Source of the DNA: the human T2T-CHM13v2.0 reference genome, Homo sapiens
Direction: 5' to 3' (one strand)
Assembly (NCBI RefSeq): GCF_009914755.1
Contig: NC_060929.1
DNA: 64,000 nucleotides
A model generated the notes under the pieces. The model made no database searches, was not told where the DNA came from, and saw only the letters and a program-made list of their open reading frames with translations. Below, one piece after another: positions 25,290-38,979 of the stretch (within the stretch, counting starts at the first letter, position 1; each line of letters begins with the position of its first letter). The translations under genes were made by a program, and so were the position numbers.

Positions 25290-28200
25290 TTTTTACCATA
25301 GCAAAATACACATAAAATTTACTATCTTAACCATTTCAAGTATACAGTTCAATGTTATTAAATACACTCATTATGCTGTGCAACCATCACTACTATCGTT
25401 ATAACTCTTACATCTTGTAAAACCAAGATTACTATACCCATTATACAATAACTCTCCTTACCCCCTTGCCCCAACCCCTGGCAACCACCACTCTACTTTC
25501 TATGATTTTGATTACTCCAATTGTCTTATATAGGTAGAATCACACAGTATTTGCCATTTTATGATTGACTTATTTCACTTAGCATATTTTCCTCAAATTT
25601 ATCTATGTCTTAGCATATTGAATAATTTCCCTCTCTTTTAAGACTGAATAATATACCCTTGTATGGATACATATTACATTTTTCTTATCCATTTATCTGT
25701 CAATGGACACTTGGGTTGCTTTCATGTTTCACACATTGTGAATACTGCTGCTGTGAATATGAGTGTACAAATATTTCTTTGAGACTATGCTTTCATTTCC
25801 TTTGCATATATACTCACAAGTGGAATTGCTAAATCATATGGTGATTCTGTTTTTAATTCTTGGAGAAAGTGCCATACAGTTTTCCCCAGCAGTGGTACCA
25901 TTTCAAATTTCCACTAAAAGTGCAGAAGGGTTTTCATTTCTCCACATTCTTGCAAATATATACTATTTTCTGGGGTATTTTATATCATTTTAATGAATGA
26001 GAAGTAGTAACTCATTGTAGTTTTGATTTGTGTTTCCTTAATGATTGGTGATATTGAACATACATTCATGTGCTCGTTGGTCATTTATATATCTTCTTTG
26101 AAGAAATGTCTATTCAAGTTTTTTGCCCATTTTTTAATCAGGTCATTTGTCTTTTTATTTTCTAGTTTTAAGTGTTCTCTATACATTATGGATATTTTAC
26201 ATTTATCAGGTATATGATTTGTAAATATTGTCTTCAATTCTGTGAGTTGCCTTTTTGCTGTGTTTATATTGTCTTTTGATGTGCAAATTTATTACATTTT
26301 TATGAAGTGCAATTTGTCTATTTTTTCTTTTGTTGTCTGTGTCTTTGGTGTCATATCCAAGAAATCATTGCTAAACCAGTCACATGAAGATTTTGCACTA
26401 TGTTTTCTTGTAAGTGTTTGTCGTATAGTTTTGGGTCTTACATTTATTTTGATATTTGATTCATTTTGAGCTAAATTTGGTATGTGACATTAGATAAGAG
26501 CCTACCTTCATTCTAATGCGTGTGGATATCTAGTTTTTCTAGTACAATTTGTAGTAAAGACTGTCATTTCCCTATTGAATGGTCCTGGCATCCTCAACAA
26601 AAATCATTTAGCCATATATGCAAAGGTTTATTTCTGGGGTCTCTGTTCTGTTTGCCTCTATATCTATTTTTATGCAAGTACCACACTGTTTTGATTACCA
26701 TAGCTTTGTAGTAAGTTTTGAAATTAGAAAGAATAAGTTCTCTAACTTTATCTTTTTCAAAATTGTTTTATCTACTCCAGGTTCCTTGAGATTTCATATA
26801 AATTTTAGGATGGGCTTTTCTATTTCTGCCAAAAACATTATTGCATTGAAGCTGTAGATCGCATTGAGTAGTACTGAGATTTTAATAGTACTAAGTCTTC
26901 CAATCCAAAAACCTGAGATGTAGTTCCATTTGTTTATGTCTGTTTTAATTTCTTTCAGTAATGTTTTGTACCTTTTATTAAACAAATATTTCATTTCTAT
27001 GGTTAATTCCTAAGTATTTTATTCTTTTTGATGCTATTATAATGGATTTGTTTTTGTAATGTTGTTTTCAGGTTGTTCATTATTAGTATATAGAAATGCA
27101 ACTAAATTTTACTTATTCACTTTGTACCCTGCTTTTTGCTGAATTATTGTTTCAATTGTATGTGTGTGTGTGAGAGAGAGAGAGAGAGAAAAAGAGAGAT
27201 CTTTAGGTTTTTCTGGATATAAAGTCATATATTTGTAAACAAAGATGAATTTACTTCTTTTCCAATTAGGATTCCATTTATTTATTTTGATTGCCTAATT
27301 TCTCTGACTAGAGCTTCTAGTATTATGATACATAGAAATGGCAAAAATGAGCATTCTTGCCATACACTTGATCTTAGAGGAAAAGCTTTCAATCTTTCAC
27401 CATAGAGTATGATATTCGTTGTAACTTTTTCAAATATAACTTTTATCATGTTGAGGTGATTTTCTTCTATCAGTAGTTTGTTGAGTGTTTTCTTTTCATC
27501 ATGAAAGGGTGTTGGATTTTGTCACTTTTTTCTATATCAATTGAGACCATCATGTGTTTTTTTTTCTTGTATTCTGTTAATGTGATATATTGATCAATTT
27601 TCATATGTCAAAACATTATTTCTTTTATATTTTATTAATTTTTCTTCCCATATGATCTAGAGGAAATATCAAACCATTCTTTTATATCAGGAATAAATGC
27701 CATCTAGTCATTATATATAATCCTTTTAATACGCTGCTTAATTTGGTTTGCTAGTATTCTATGGAGGATTTTTGCATCAATGTTCATATTGATTTATAGT
27801 TTTTTTTTTTGTAGTGTCTTTATCTGGCTTTGGTATCACAGTAATACTGGCCTCACAGAATGAGTTATAAAGTGTTTTCTCCTTTTTGATTTTTTTTTCT
27901 TTTTTTGGAAAAATTTGAGAAGGACTGGTATTAGTTCTTCCTGAATGTTTATTAGAATTCATTTTTGAGGTCTTCAGGTCCAGAACTTTTCTTTGTCAGG
28001 AGATTTTTTTTTATTACAGATTCAGTCTTCTTACTAGTTATAGGTCTATTCAGATTTTATTTTTCTTTGTGTTTAGTTTTTGGTAGGTTTTCTGTTTCTA
28101 GGAATTTGTTCATTTTATCTAAGTTATCTAATTTGTTGGTAAATACTTGTTCATAGTACTATCTTGTAATAAATTTCATTTTCTAGAATTAGTAGTAGTG

Positions 28201-28570
28201 TCTTCACTTCCACTTCTGATTTTAGTAATTTAAGAAATTTAAGAAAAAAAGGGAGAACTTTTTTCTTAGTCCATCTAGCTAAACATTTGTCAATTTTGTT
28301 GATCTTTTCAAATAACCAACTTTTGGTTTCATTGATTTTCTCAATTTTTTTCTGTTTTTTTATTTCATTTATTGCTGTTCTAATGTTTATTTTCTTCCTT
28401 CTGCTAGCTTTGTTTTTGGTTTGCTTTTCTTTTTCTACTTTCTTACATTGTAATATCAGGTTGCTGATTTGAGATATTTCTTGTTTTTTAATATACAAGC
28501 ATTTGTAGCCATAAATTTTCTCCCTAGCACTGCTTTTGCTGTTTTGGTTTGTTGTGTTTTTATTTTCATT
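25290..28570 (-). mobile_element. L1MB (L1MB3-like) 3' UTR and ORF2
   Basis: aaaatacacataaaatttactatcttaaccattt 3' end; minus-strand ORFs KINETKSWLFEKINKIDK, NSFCEASITVIPKPDKD, YKTLLKEIK are ORF2p. Confidence 0.9.
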
Positions 28571-29439
28571 GGGAAAACTGGTGCATACATATTCATTTAC
28601 CCTTTTTATTAGATAAACACTATGTCCAAATAAATTATAACCAGATTGGAGGAGATGTAATACATTAAATTATGTTGTAGCCTTGTCTCTCTAGGCTTAT
28701 TTATGTGTGTCCTATGGATAGGCAAAAGACACACTTGCAAAAGATAATTCAGCTAGTAGTAGACTATCTTTACAACTAGTACATAAAATGAAAGTATTCA
28801 CAGTCTCCACATTATCCTATTCCGATATGCAGCCAAAGCAACAATTGTGATTATCTGGGAAGTTTAACTGTATTTAATTACTCACTGAAGTGGACTCACA
28901 ATTTTGCCTTGAGGGCTGTAATGTAAAAATTCCAGCAGATCCTGTTTATGTGAAATGTTCTGTTCTGGGATTTCATACCAGTTAAAGCACAAATGGATAT
29001 TTCTACCCTAATGACATAGACCACTTTTTTCTCCCTGGTGATTTGAAACTGTGGAGGCTATTGAAATTCCTTGAAAAAATTTACCTATGGGGGAGAAACA
29101 AAGCCTAACACAAACCATTGATAAATGGAGAGTATGTAACTTGAACAGAAGATGATTTGCAAGTCACATTTTTGAAAATATTACATTAATAATTACTTCA
29201 GATTCTGCTCAGTTATAAGAAGTTGTGGGAAATGGGGATGTGTGAGGAAAAGAACATATATAAGTGAGTAAGTGCCAAAATTTTTAAATAAATGTAGATA
29301 TGTAAATAGTAAAATATGTGTAAAAATGATTAATATTTAATAAATGGAATAATAATAAATATAGATATTAATTGAAATAAATATAGATAAGTGCTTTAAG
29401 CTTGCTACCAACACATTTTACATAAACAATACTGTATAA

Positions 29440-30385
<946 letters not shown>

Positions 30386-30439
30386 GACATATAAAATATG
30401 CATTATATTTTATTCTAGAAATCAGAAAATATGCTTGAA

Positions 30440-30907
30440 TCTGGCCTGTTTTCTCTCTGATCTCTTTCTCTCCCTCCCTGACTGTGCCTTTGGGTACAGG
30501 GCTTTTGGCCCTTGTAGCTTACACTTCCCAGGCTCTGTGCTGTCTGATCAAAGAGTAGCACCAACAGGAGCCTGAGATGGGGAAAAGGGGAAGGGTCAGT
30601 GTATTTCTTCTACCCTTGCCTCTGTACCTTGGGCTGTGTCTCCCCTGTGACCCTGCCCTCTGTGACTGCAGCTTTCTCCGGACAGGTCTGTCTGCTCTGG
30701 TCTCAGATACCTCCAACTCCTCCTCTCTTTTTTTTCTCCAGTTTCAGCTTAGTAATGATCTTCTTCTGTTGCAAATTTCTAGGCTGCCTCAATATTGCCT
30801 GTAGACTTCTCAACTCTCCCATCATCTGTGTAACTAATTCTTGGTGTTAAATTCCATCTGAACTCCTTCAGGTAGTTTCTTATGTCCTAATTGGATCTTA
30901 ACTCATA
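30440..30907 (+). mobile_element. LTR33-family (ERVL) LTR
   Basis: ctgttgcaaatttctaggctgcctca...cttctcaactctcccatcatctgtgtaactaattc...ttaaattcc matches the LTR33 3' part. Confidence 0.7.
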
Positions 30908-31266
30908 TGGTTTGAATATTTATGTTCCCTCAAAATTCATATGTTGAAACCCTGACTCCAATATCATGGTATTAGGATATGGGACCTTTCAGAGGTGATT
31001 ATGTCACTCGAAGGTGGGGCCTGCCTGAATGGAATGAGTGGCCTCAAAAAAGAGGCACAAGGGGGCTCGTTTGTCCCTTCTGCTATCCAGAAACACAGCA
31101 AAAAAAACTGCTCTCCATTAATCAGTAAGCAAACCCTCACCATGCACTGAATTAGCCTTATCTTGGACTTCCCACATTCCAGAACTGTGAGAAATAAATT
31201 TCTGTTTTTTTTATAAGCCACCCAGTTTATGATGTTTTGTTATAGCAACCCAAAGGGACTAAGACA
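30908..31266 (+). mobile_element. MLT1A0-like MaLR solo LTR
   Basis: caaaattcatatgttgaaaccct...ccagaactgtgagaaataaatttctg...taagccacccagt...actaagaca; flanked by TCATA on both sides. Confidence 0.88.
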
Positions 31267-31684
31267 TCATATGAGGGTAAATGATATTTCTCACCAGAAG
31301 TGTATAATGATTCTAATTTTATATACACTTTATAACATAATTTCAAAGGATACAAAATAAAAAATTGATAGGATTACAAATAGGTGTAGATAAGTCCCCC
31401 ATCATTCCAGGAGATTTTAACACACACCAAGCAAAGTTTTATCTCAAGTATAACTTTTTCCTGAGCTTATTAGCTGTAAATCCCCATTTCTAAGCAAATT
31501 GTATACAAGGACAGACTCATCAGCTGAAAAATGGCTCTTGATAATGCACAATTGTTATCTGTGCTACTCATCCTTACTCTATTTAAGCACACATGGAATG
31601 CCTACTATGTGCTGCTGGTACACACCTGCAAAAGAAAGAAAATTAAAAACCAATGAAGATCTCCAATTCAGTAGAAATTATAAT

Positions 31685-32331
31685 TGATAGGCAGATAGTA
31701 AGGGTAAAAGAGTCCTCGGCAGAGTTTCCCTTTTAAAAAAAAGTAGCCCCTAAATAATTTCTTTTCTAACAAAGAGCAGCCTCAAAATTTGAGCTGCAGA
31801 CATAGATAAGCAAGCTGGGAGCTTGTAGCGGTGAATGCCAGTAGCTGTGCCAAAGGAAAAGGGCTACCTTGGAACCAACTATGTTCAACATGGAGGCTCC
31901 ATCTTCCCTTTTCTTTGCCACCACGTGTACAGTAAAGAAACAGGCAACATGGCAGCGGCCAGGTAGAGAACCCATCTGCATAATAAAAGACTAAGGCGGG
32001 GAGGCCAGATTTTCACACCCTATGCAAATGGCACACCTGGCCCTAACCGGTTTTTCCTGCCCTATGCAAATGGCACACGTGGCCCAACCAATCTTTCATG
32101 CCCTATATAGATCAGACACTGCCTCCTCAAACTCATCGATAAAACTCCTTGCATTCCACAGTGGAACTGGCAACCCACTTCTCCCAGACCCCTCTCTGCC
32201 ACAGAGAGCTTTTCTTTCTTTCTCCTATTAAACTCCGCTCTGAACCTCACTCTGTGTGTCTGCATCTTAGTTTTCCACAGCTCTGAGACAACGAATCTTG
32301 GGTATTAACCCCAGAAAATGATGCCACTTTA
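31685..32331 (+). mobile_element. LTR9-family solo LTR (HUERS-P3)
   Basis: gagctgcagacatagataagcaagctgg, cccatctgcataataaaaga, ctatgcaaatggcacac; 4-bp TSD TAAT (31681-31684 and 32332-32335). Confidence 0.88.
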
Positions 32332-32810
32332 TAATCACTTTGCATCATAAATAAATTAGAACCAGAACAATGCAGAAATAGATATATAAAGTGCCACGAG
32401 TGTGAAACTGCCTGTGAAGGAAAATAAAACTAGGCCCTGAAGAATAAAATAAGTTTGCAAGGAGAGAAAGTCAGAATTCCGACTTTTTTTACTTATAAAT
32501 CCATTATGGAGCACACATTTACCATGTCAGCCACAGTTTCTGGTAATGAGGATATGTAATTTAAAAATACAGCCGTTTCCCTTATGGATTTTGTAGTCCA
32601 TTGGAGAACCTGAGAAGACTTAGGAAGCACCCCTTATATAGGCTGCAGAAGGGGAAGCTAAACAAGCTTCCTGAAAGAGGTGGCATGAAAGATACTCGTT
32701 TTTAAAAATCAAGTAGAGTGTTTATCAGAAGAATGAGAGTGGTGGGGGTGGGGGAGAAGGGAGGGACATTGCCCCAAGTGTTCAAGACATACTCTTGCAG
32801 AGAGAAACAG

Positions 32811-33232
32811 TTTCCTTCCTTCCCTTTTTTTTTCTCTTTTGTCCTTTCTTTCTTTCTCCTTTCCTTTCTTCCATCCCTTCCCTCCCTCTCTCTCCATCTT
32901 TCTTTCTTCCTTTTTCTCTTTTTGCTTTTCTTCCCTCTCTCCCACCCTTTCCACCCTCTCCTCCCTCTCTCCCTCCCCTTCCTCCCTCTCCTCTTCTCCT
33001 CCATTCCTTCCTCCCTCCCCTCCCCCCCATCCCTCCCTCCCTTTCTCACCTTCCTCTCCTTCCTCCCTCCCTCCTCTTCCCCTCCCCCTCCCTCCCTTTC
33101 TCACCTTCCTCTCCTCCCTCCCTCCCTCCCTCCCCTTCCCTCTCTCGCGCTTTCTTTTTTTCCTTCTCTTTCCTTTCATCCTTCCCTCCTGCCCACCCCT
33201 CTCTCTTGCTCTCTCTCTCTTTTTTTTTTTTT
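32811..33232. repeat. About 420-bp polypyrimidine/polypurine (CT-rich) tract
   Basis: Nearly pure C/T; source of the spurious 115-206 aa ORFs. Confidence 0.95.
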
Positions 33233-33474
33233 GAGATGGAGTCTCGCTCTGTCGCCCAGGCTGGAGTGCAGTGGTACCATCTCGGCTCACTGCAACCTCT
33301 GCCTCCTGTGTTCAAGCGATTCTCCTTGATCCGTCCAGCTAATTTTTGTAGTTGTACTAGAGACGAAGTTTTGCCATGTTGGCCAGAGTGGTCTCCAACT
33401 CCTGACCTCAGGTGATCCGCCCGTCTTGGACTCGCAAAGTGCTGGGATTACATGCGTGAGCCACTGCGCCAGTC
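33220..33474 (-). mobile_element. AluSx-like element with internal deletion in the right arm
   Basis: gattctccttgatccgtccagctaatt lacks the gcctcagcctcccgagtagctggga segment. Confidence 0.9.
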
Positions 33475-33576
33475 TTTCTTGCTCTCTCTCTCTCTTTTTT
33501 TTTTTTCCTTTTCCCTCCCTCCGTCCCCTCCTTCTTTCCTTTCTTCCTGCCTGCCTGCCTTCAATCTCTCTCTCTC

Positions 33577-34177
<601 letters not shown>

Positions 34178-34439
34178 CTCTCTCTCTTTAATACCTCCTG
34201 TATTTCACCACTCTTGCAAAGTGAATACGTATATCCAAAAGGTTTACATACAAACAAAAGGTTACCAAGTGTGCAATTTCTGAAGCTACTCCTTTAGAGA
34301 AATAATATTTTAAACATATGTGAGGTTCTCACAGAAGGTGAGACAAACATTATACTTCATTTCCTAACTCTGTGTGCAATATTGACAATAAGAAAGATGT
34401 ATTCAGTTTAACAAGTATTATTGAATTCCTCTTTGATTA

Positions 34440-34806
34440 CTATTATAAGCAGGGGGAAGCATGGGGGTGGGGAAGTCTCCAAGAACTATAGGAATTTAAT
34501 CAACATGAACAATCAGGCTATTTTACAGATTCCTGCCTTGCAGTATTGTTTTTTTCCGAAACCCTGTATGGAATGCAGTCACCTAGTAGGCTAGAACTAG
34601 CTGCAAACAGACTCTAGCAACTTATAGATGAAACCTGAATGAATTTTCCTCATTATCATGCTAAAGCTTCCACGCTGGGAGAAGCTATGGCTTCATTACC
34701 GAAACTTGCGACCTACCTGCTGGCATGTGTCACTATACTTCGTATGTGCTCCTGTCCATGCGATGATGCACCCTCTCCCCTCTCCATCACCAGGTAAAAC
34801 ACTCCT
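34440..34806 (+). mobile_element. ERV1-class LTR fragment (subfamily uncertain, possibly MER92-like)
   Basis: cctgccttgcag...ggaatgcagtcacctag...gcaacttatagatgaa...gctatggcttcattacc...gcaccctctcccctctccatc recognised as LTR-type sequence; 3' truncated. Confidence 0.6.
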
Positions 34807-34858
34807 CACAATTTCTGAAAATATAAGGCTTTACATTAAGTCTATCCAGGGGCACCAT

Positions 34859-35032
34859 TGACAATGACCTAAGTTGCTAATAAATGGTCTGTAATTTATA
34901 TGAATATTTGATTTTTGCAAAGTTGTTATTATTATTTTGTTTGCTTATTCTGACAATGACCTAAGTTGCTAATAGATGGTCTATAATTTATATGAATATT
35001 TGATTTTTGCAAAGTTATTATTTTGCTTATTC
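34859..35032. repeat. Tandem duplication, two copies (92 and 82 bp)
   Basis: TGACAATGACCTAAGTTGCTAATA...TTGCTTATTC at 34859-34950 and 34951-35032. Confidence 0.95.
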
Positions 35033-37071
35033 TATTTCAACAGACATCATTTTGTAGCTAATTTAATTCCTTTTACTGCATTTCATTAACATTTAAAAGA
35101 AGAAAGAAAGATATTAAGACATTCTCTGTGTATTTTTATACATGTTTATAGGGTTATCTTTGTACTAAAAATTCCAGAGACATCAAATCTCTTCAAACAA
35201 ATCCAAGGTTACCAAAGCAATAGCATTTACTGTTTAAATTAATCCCTTTGAACACACCCTCCAATTCTCTGCCCTAGAAATATTACCCCCTAGAAAAGAA
35301 CTTAACATTCACATCTTTGACAAAGAGCTGTATCAATGTGTGCTACCCTGCATTTTCCTGAAAATTCATAAGAAATCATTTCAGTCAATCCAATAGTAAG
35401 TTTAAAAAATTATTTTATAGTTTTATCCAGAATCTTGACATTTCAGGTATTTGAGACTCCTGTTTTTTTTTAATCTGACCTTTTCTACCTAAATATCATA
35501 TTTTTGCGTTGCATTTTGATAACTCAATAACACTTTTAAATGAACGTTTCATGCTTTTGACTCTAAAGTATACAGATCAACATGGCAAGAGCAAGTTCCA
35601 TTTTTTAATTTAAATATTTTCATGGCTTTAAGCAGACTTTAACCTTTACAACAGCCTGGATGCAATTCTGATTAACACCTTCACTATTTAGCCTGGTGAT
35701 TCAGTGGAGGTGAGCCCTTTCCCTTATAGTAGGAGTATGCAAACTTTTTAATATCTGAACTAATTGAGAAATAATGAAAATTTTTACAGGCAATTTTTTT
35801 TTATTCAACATGAAAATGTTCTTATTGCTCTACATTGGTATATCTATATATATATATTCACACACACACAATATCTATATAAACAATGTAGAGATAGAGA
35901 AACTATCAAACTGAAGGCTAGAAAAAAATGAACTTTCATTAGGCAATAAAATAATATATGGTAATATTTGTGCTTTTCAGTATGAATGTTTACCCCTTAT
36001 AACTGTATAGTGACAGTTTCCAGAGAAGATTTATATACCTTATATTGCCAGAAAACAAAGTACAAAATAGGCATTATTCCATTATTTTGAGTAAATATAG
36101 TCAGAGCTATAAAATATGTTGCCCAATCTCACAAGAAAAATTAACTACAATTATTAGAGTAGTTTTTTTTAGTCAAAATTATACTGCTGAAATAATTTTA
36201 TTACATTCCATGTTGTATTAACTTTGCTGTTCCGTGCATATTTGCCATCAGAGAATCAGCCTCTTTTCGTAAATGAGGAAAATATTTCTTAAATGTTTAT
36301 GCTGCGTGGCTTCAGAAAGCTTAGAGTTTATATCAAGTTCCAATACATAAGTATTTCTGAACCAAAATCTTACAGTCACTAGCGAAAGGACCCTGGTTCA
36401 TATTCCGGCCTCAGTAGGTTGCCTAGCTACATGCTTGCCTGGCCTGACACCAGCCTGCCCCTAATTCTTCACTGCAAACATGGGAACAGATTTCTTCCTC
36501 AATTCTACAAAACTCTGCTTAGTCCCAGCTGTAACTCTGAGCCAAACTTCAGTGAAAGCTGGGAGATAGCAGATAGAAATTACAAGTCAGAAAAGAAAAT
36601 GTTAGAGCCAGACAGGGGCCATAAATTCTCCTGGATACCAAAACTGACGACTCTTTACAGGGTGAATCTTCTGTCTCTCTCACCTTATTGTCCATTCTCC
36701 TGCTGTCAGCTGGCAAAGACCAGTTTATCTCCCTCAGTGGCCATATTCTGAACCTGACTTCTACCTTCATGTTCTCTAGATTGCTGCAGTGATGGAGGTA
36801 AATGCTATTTTCTATTCCCAGGCTCTTGCCCACCTCCAATCAAAATTTTAATAAAATTTAGAAATGCAAATAATCCACAATCAAGACAAACTTTTATATT
36901 ATTGTTCAGAGTAGTTTAGCTTGAATTACTGCATAACAGCTTGCAATTTGGCTTTCTTTTTGCAAAAGAAAAATGACCACTAATGCTGTCCATTAATTAA
37001 AAAAAAAAGTTTTTGCATGAAAAGGATTGAAAACTACTGCTGAGAGCTTTGAAATATTGTATTTTACCCTT

Positions 37072-37248
37072 TGTGGCAGAGACTGGCAGCTGGTCGCCAA
37101 ATTCATTCCCTTTGTTTTGAGCACACATTTACCAGCCTCCTTTGCACTTAGATATGAGCCAATAAAATGTGAGCAAAAGTAATAAACACTACTCTTAGGT
37201 CATACTAAAAGTCTTTCATGCATAATTATCTATTCTTTCTCCTTCTGG
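37072..37248 (+). mobile_element. MLT1J-like LTR 5' fragment
   Basis: tgtggcagagactgg...catttaccagcctcctttgcacttag...gccaataaaatgtgagcaaaagt. Confidence 0.7.
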
Positions 37249-37446
37249 AGTTAAAAGTGTTTCTTAACCTCTCTAAACTGCCACTCCTCATAGAATGGTT
37301 ATGATAACATTAACTCATATGATTGTGATAAATGAAGTGAAGGAATGTATAACATTTCCCTCAACTATTGTTACAGGGTAAATAAAAAATGGTACTGTTA
37401 ATCCTTCAATCTAGTATCTTTCCTCAGTTCATTTCCTCTTGACCTC

Positions 37447-37867
37447 TGATATAGTTTATATTTGTCTTCTCCAAATCTCGTGTTGAAATCTGATCCTGAT
37501 GTTGGAGGTGGGGACTGGTGCAAGGTGTTTGGGTCATGGGGATGGATCCCTCATGAATGGCTTGGTACCCACCCCATGGTAATGAGTGAGCTCTGGCTGT
37601 ATTAGTTCAAGCAGAGCTGGTTGTTTAAAAGAGCATGGCACCCCATCCCTCACTCTCTTTCTTTTCTCCTCTCTCACCACGTGATGCCTGGTGATGCCCT
37701 TTCCATTCAACTATGATTGGAAGCTTTCTGCCATCCTTACCAGAAACAAATGCTGGTGCTTTGCTTCTTGTATGGCCTGAAGAATAATAAGCCAAATAAA
37801 CTTCTTTTTGTTTTAAATTACCCAGCCTCAGATATTCCTTTATAACAATGCAAAATTTACTAAGAAA
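37447..37867 (+). mobile_element. MSTB MaLR solo LTR
   Basis: TGATATAGTTT...gatccctcatgaatggcttgg...gccaaataaac...aattacccagcctcag. Confidence 0.9.
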
Positions 37868-37914
37868 ACTTTTCAGAAACATTCAAAAATAGTGACTCCT
37901 TTTGGACTGTCCTC

Positions 37915-38207
37915 TTCTTTTCCTTTTTCTCCCCACTATGTTGCTCAGGCTGGAGTGCAGTGGCAGGATCTCTGTTCACTGCAGCCTCCATCTCCTGGAT
38001 TCTAATGAGCCTCCACCTCAGCCTCCCAAGTAGCTGGAACTACAGGTGCATGTCACCACAGCCAGCTAAGTTTTTTTTTGTATTTTTAGTAGAGACAGGG
38101 TTTCGCCTTGTTGCCCAGGTTGATCTCAAACTCCTGGACTCAAGTGATCCACCTGCCTCGGTCTCCGAAAGTGCTGGGACTACAAGCTTGAGCCACCGCA
38201 CCTGTCC
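37915..38207 (-). mobile_element. AluJ (Jb-like)
   Basis: cactgcagcctcc, gttgcccaggttg, ctcctggactcaagtgatcc. Confidence 0.92.
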
Positions 38208-38667
38208 TTCTCTGGTTTTTTGACAGTTTACTTGTTCTCTTCCTGCCTTCTTGACCACTCTTTTTTTTTTTTTAATGTATTTCTTTTTCCCCCCTTTAAG
38301 ACTTAAATATAGAAATTCCCTACAGATTTGTTCCTGAATCTCCACTTATTATTCATTGACTTGAAAAATGTCATGTCCTCTACTAGCCTCTTTCACCTCC
38401 CTTTACATAGTCTTCAAATCTTTATGTTTATCTCTGATTTTTTTTCTTGAGCTCCAGTTCTTCATTTCTAACAAGTATCCAAAATTTTAGACATGTATAT
38501 TATTCTCACCACTTTGCAGCTTTCTTGACTTTTTCACATTTTATATTTAATCGTGTCTTCTGAGGTGAAAAATTTTGTAATTTCTGAACTTTGACATTTA
38601 ACCTACACTCTACATTGTTGCTTTTATCATTTTAGTTCAGGTCCTCCCTACTCTAAAAGTAAAATGT

Positions 38668-38979
38668 GGCTGGGCGCAGTGGCTCACGCCTGTAATCCCA
38701 GCACTTTGGGAGGCTGAGGCGGGTTGATCACCGGAGGTCAGACGTTCAAGATTAGCCTGGCCAATATAGTGAAACCCTGTCTCTACTAAAAATACAAAAA
38801 TTAGCTGGGCATGGTGGCAGGTGCCTGTAATCCTAGGTACTTGGGAGGCTGAGGCAGAGTAATCGCTTGAACCCTGGAGGTGGAGGTTGCAGAGAGCCGA
38901 GATTGTTCCATTGCACTCCAGTCTGGGCGATGAGAGAAACTCCATCTCAAAAAAACAAAGAAAGAAAGAAAATAAAATA
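38668..38979 (+). mobile_element. AluS (Sx/Sq-like)
   Basis: Full dimer; TSD about AAGTAAAATG. Confidence 0.95.

Noticed and set aside
32702-33415. Overlapping 115-206 aa ORFs on both strands
   Set aside because: Produced by the CT-rich tract plus Alu; low-complexity translations with no domain.
34859-35032. Direct repeats as a possible CRISPR-like array
   Set aside because: Two adjacent copies, no spacers, primate context.
36400-36850. 110-aa ORF in moderately GC-richer sequence
   Set aside because: Non-ATG start, no recognisable domain or splice structure; may be an old unrecognised repeat.
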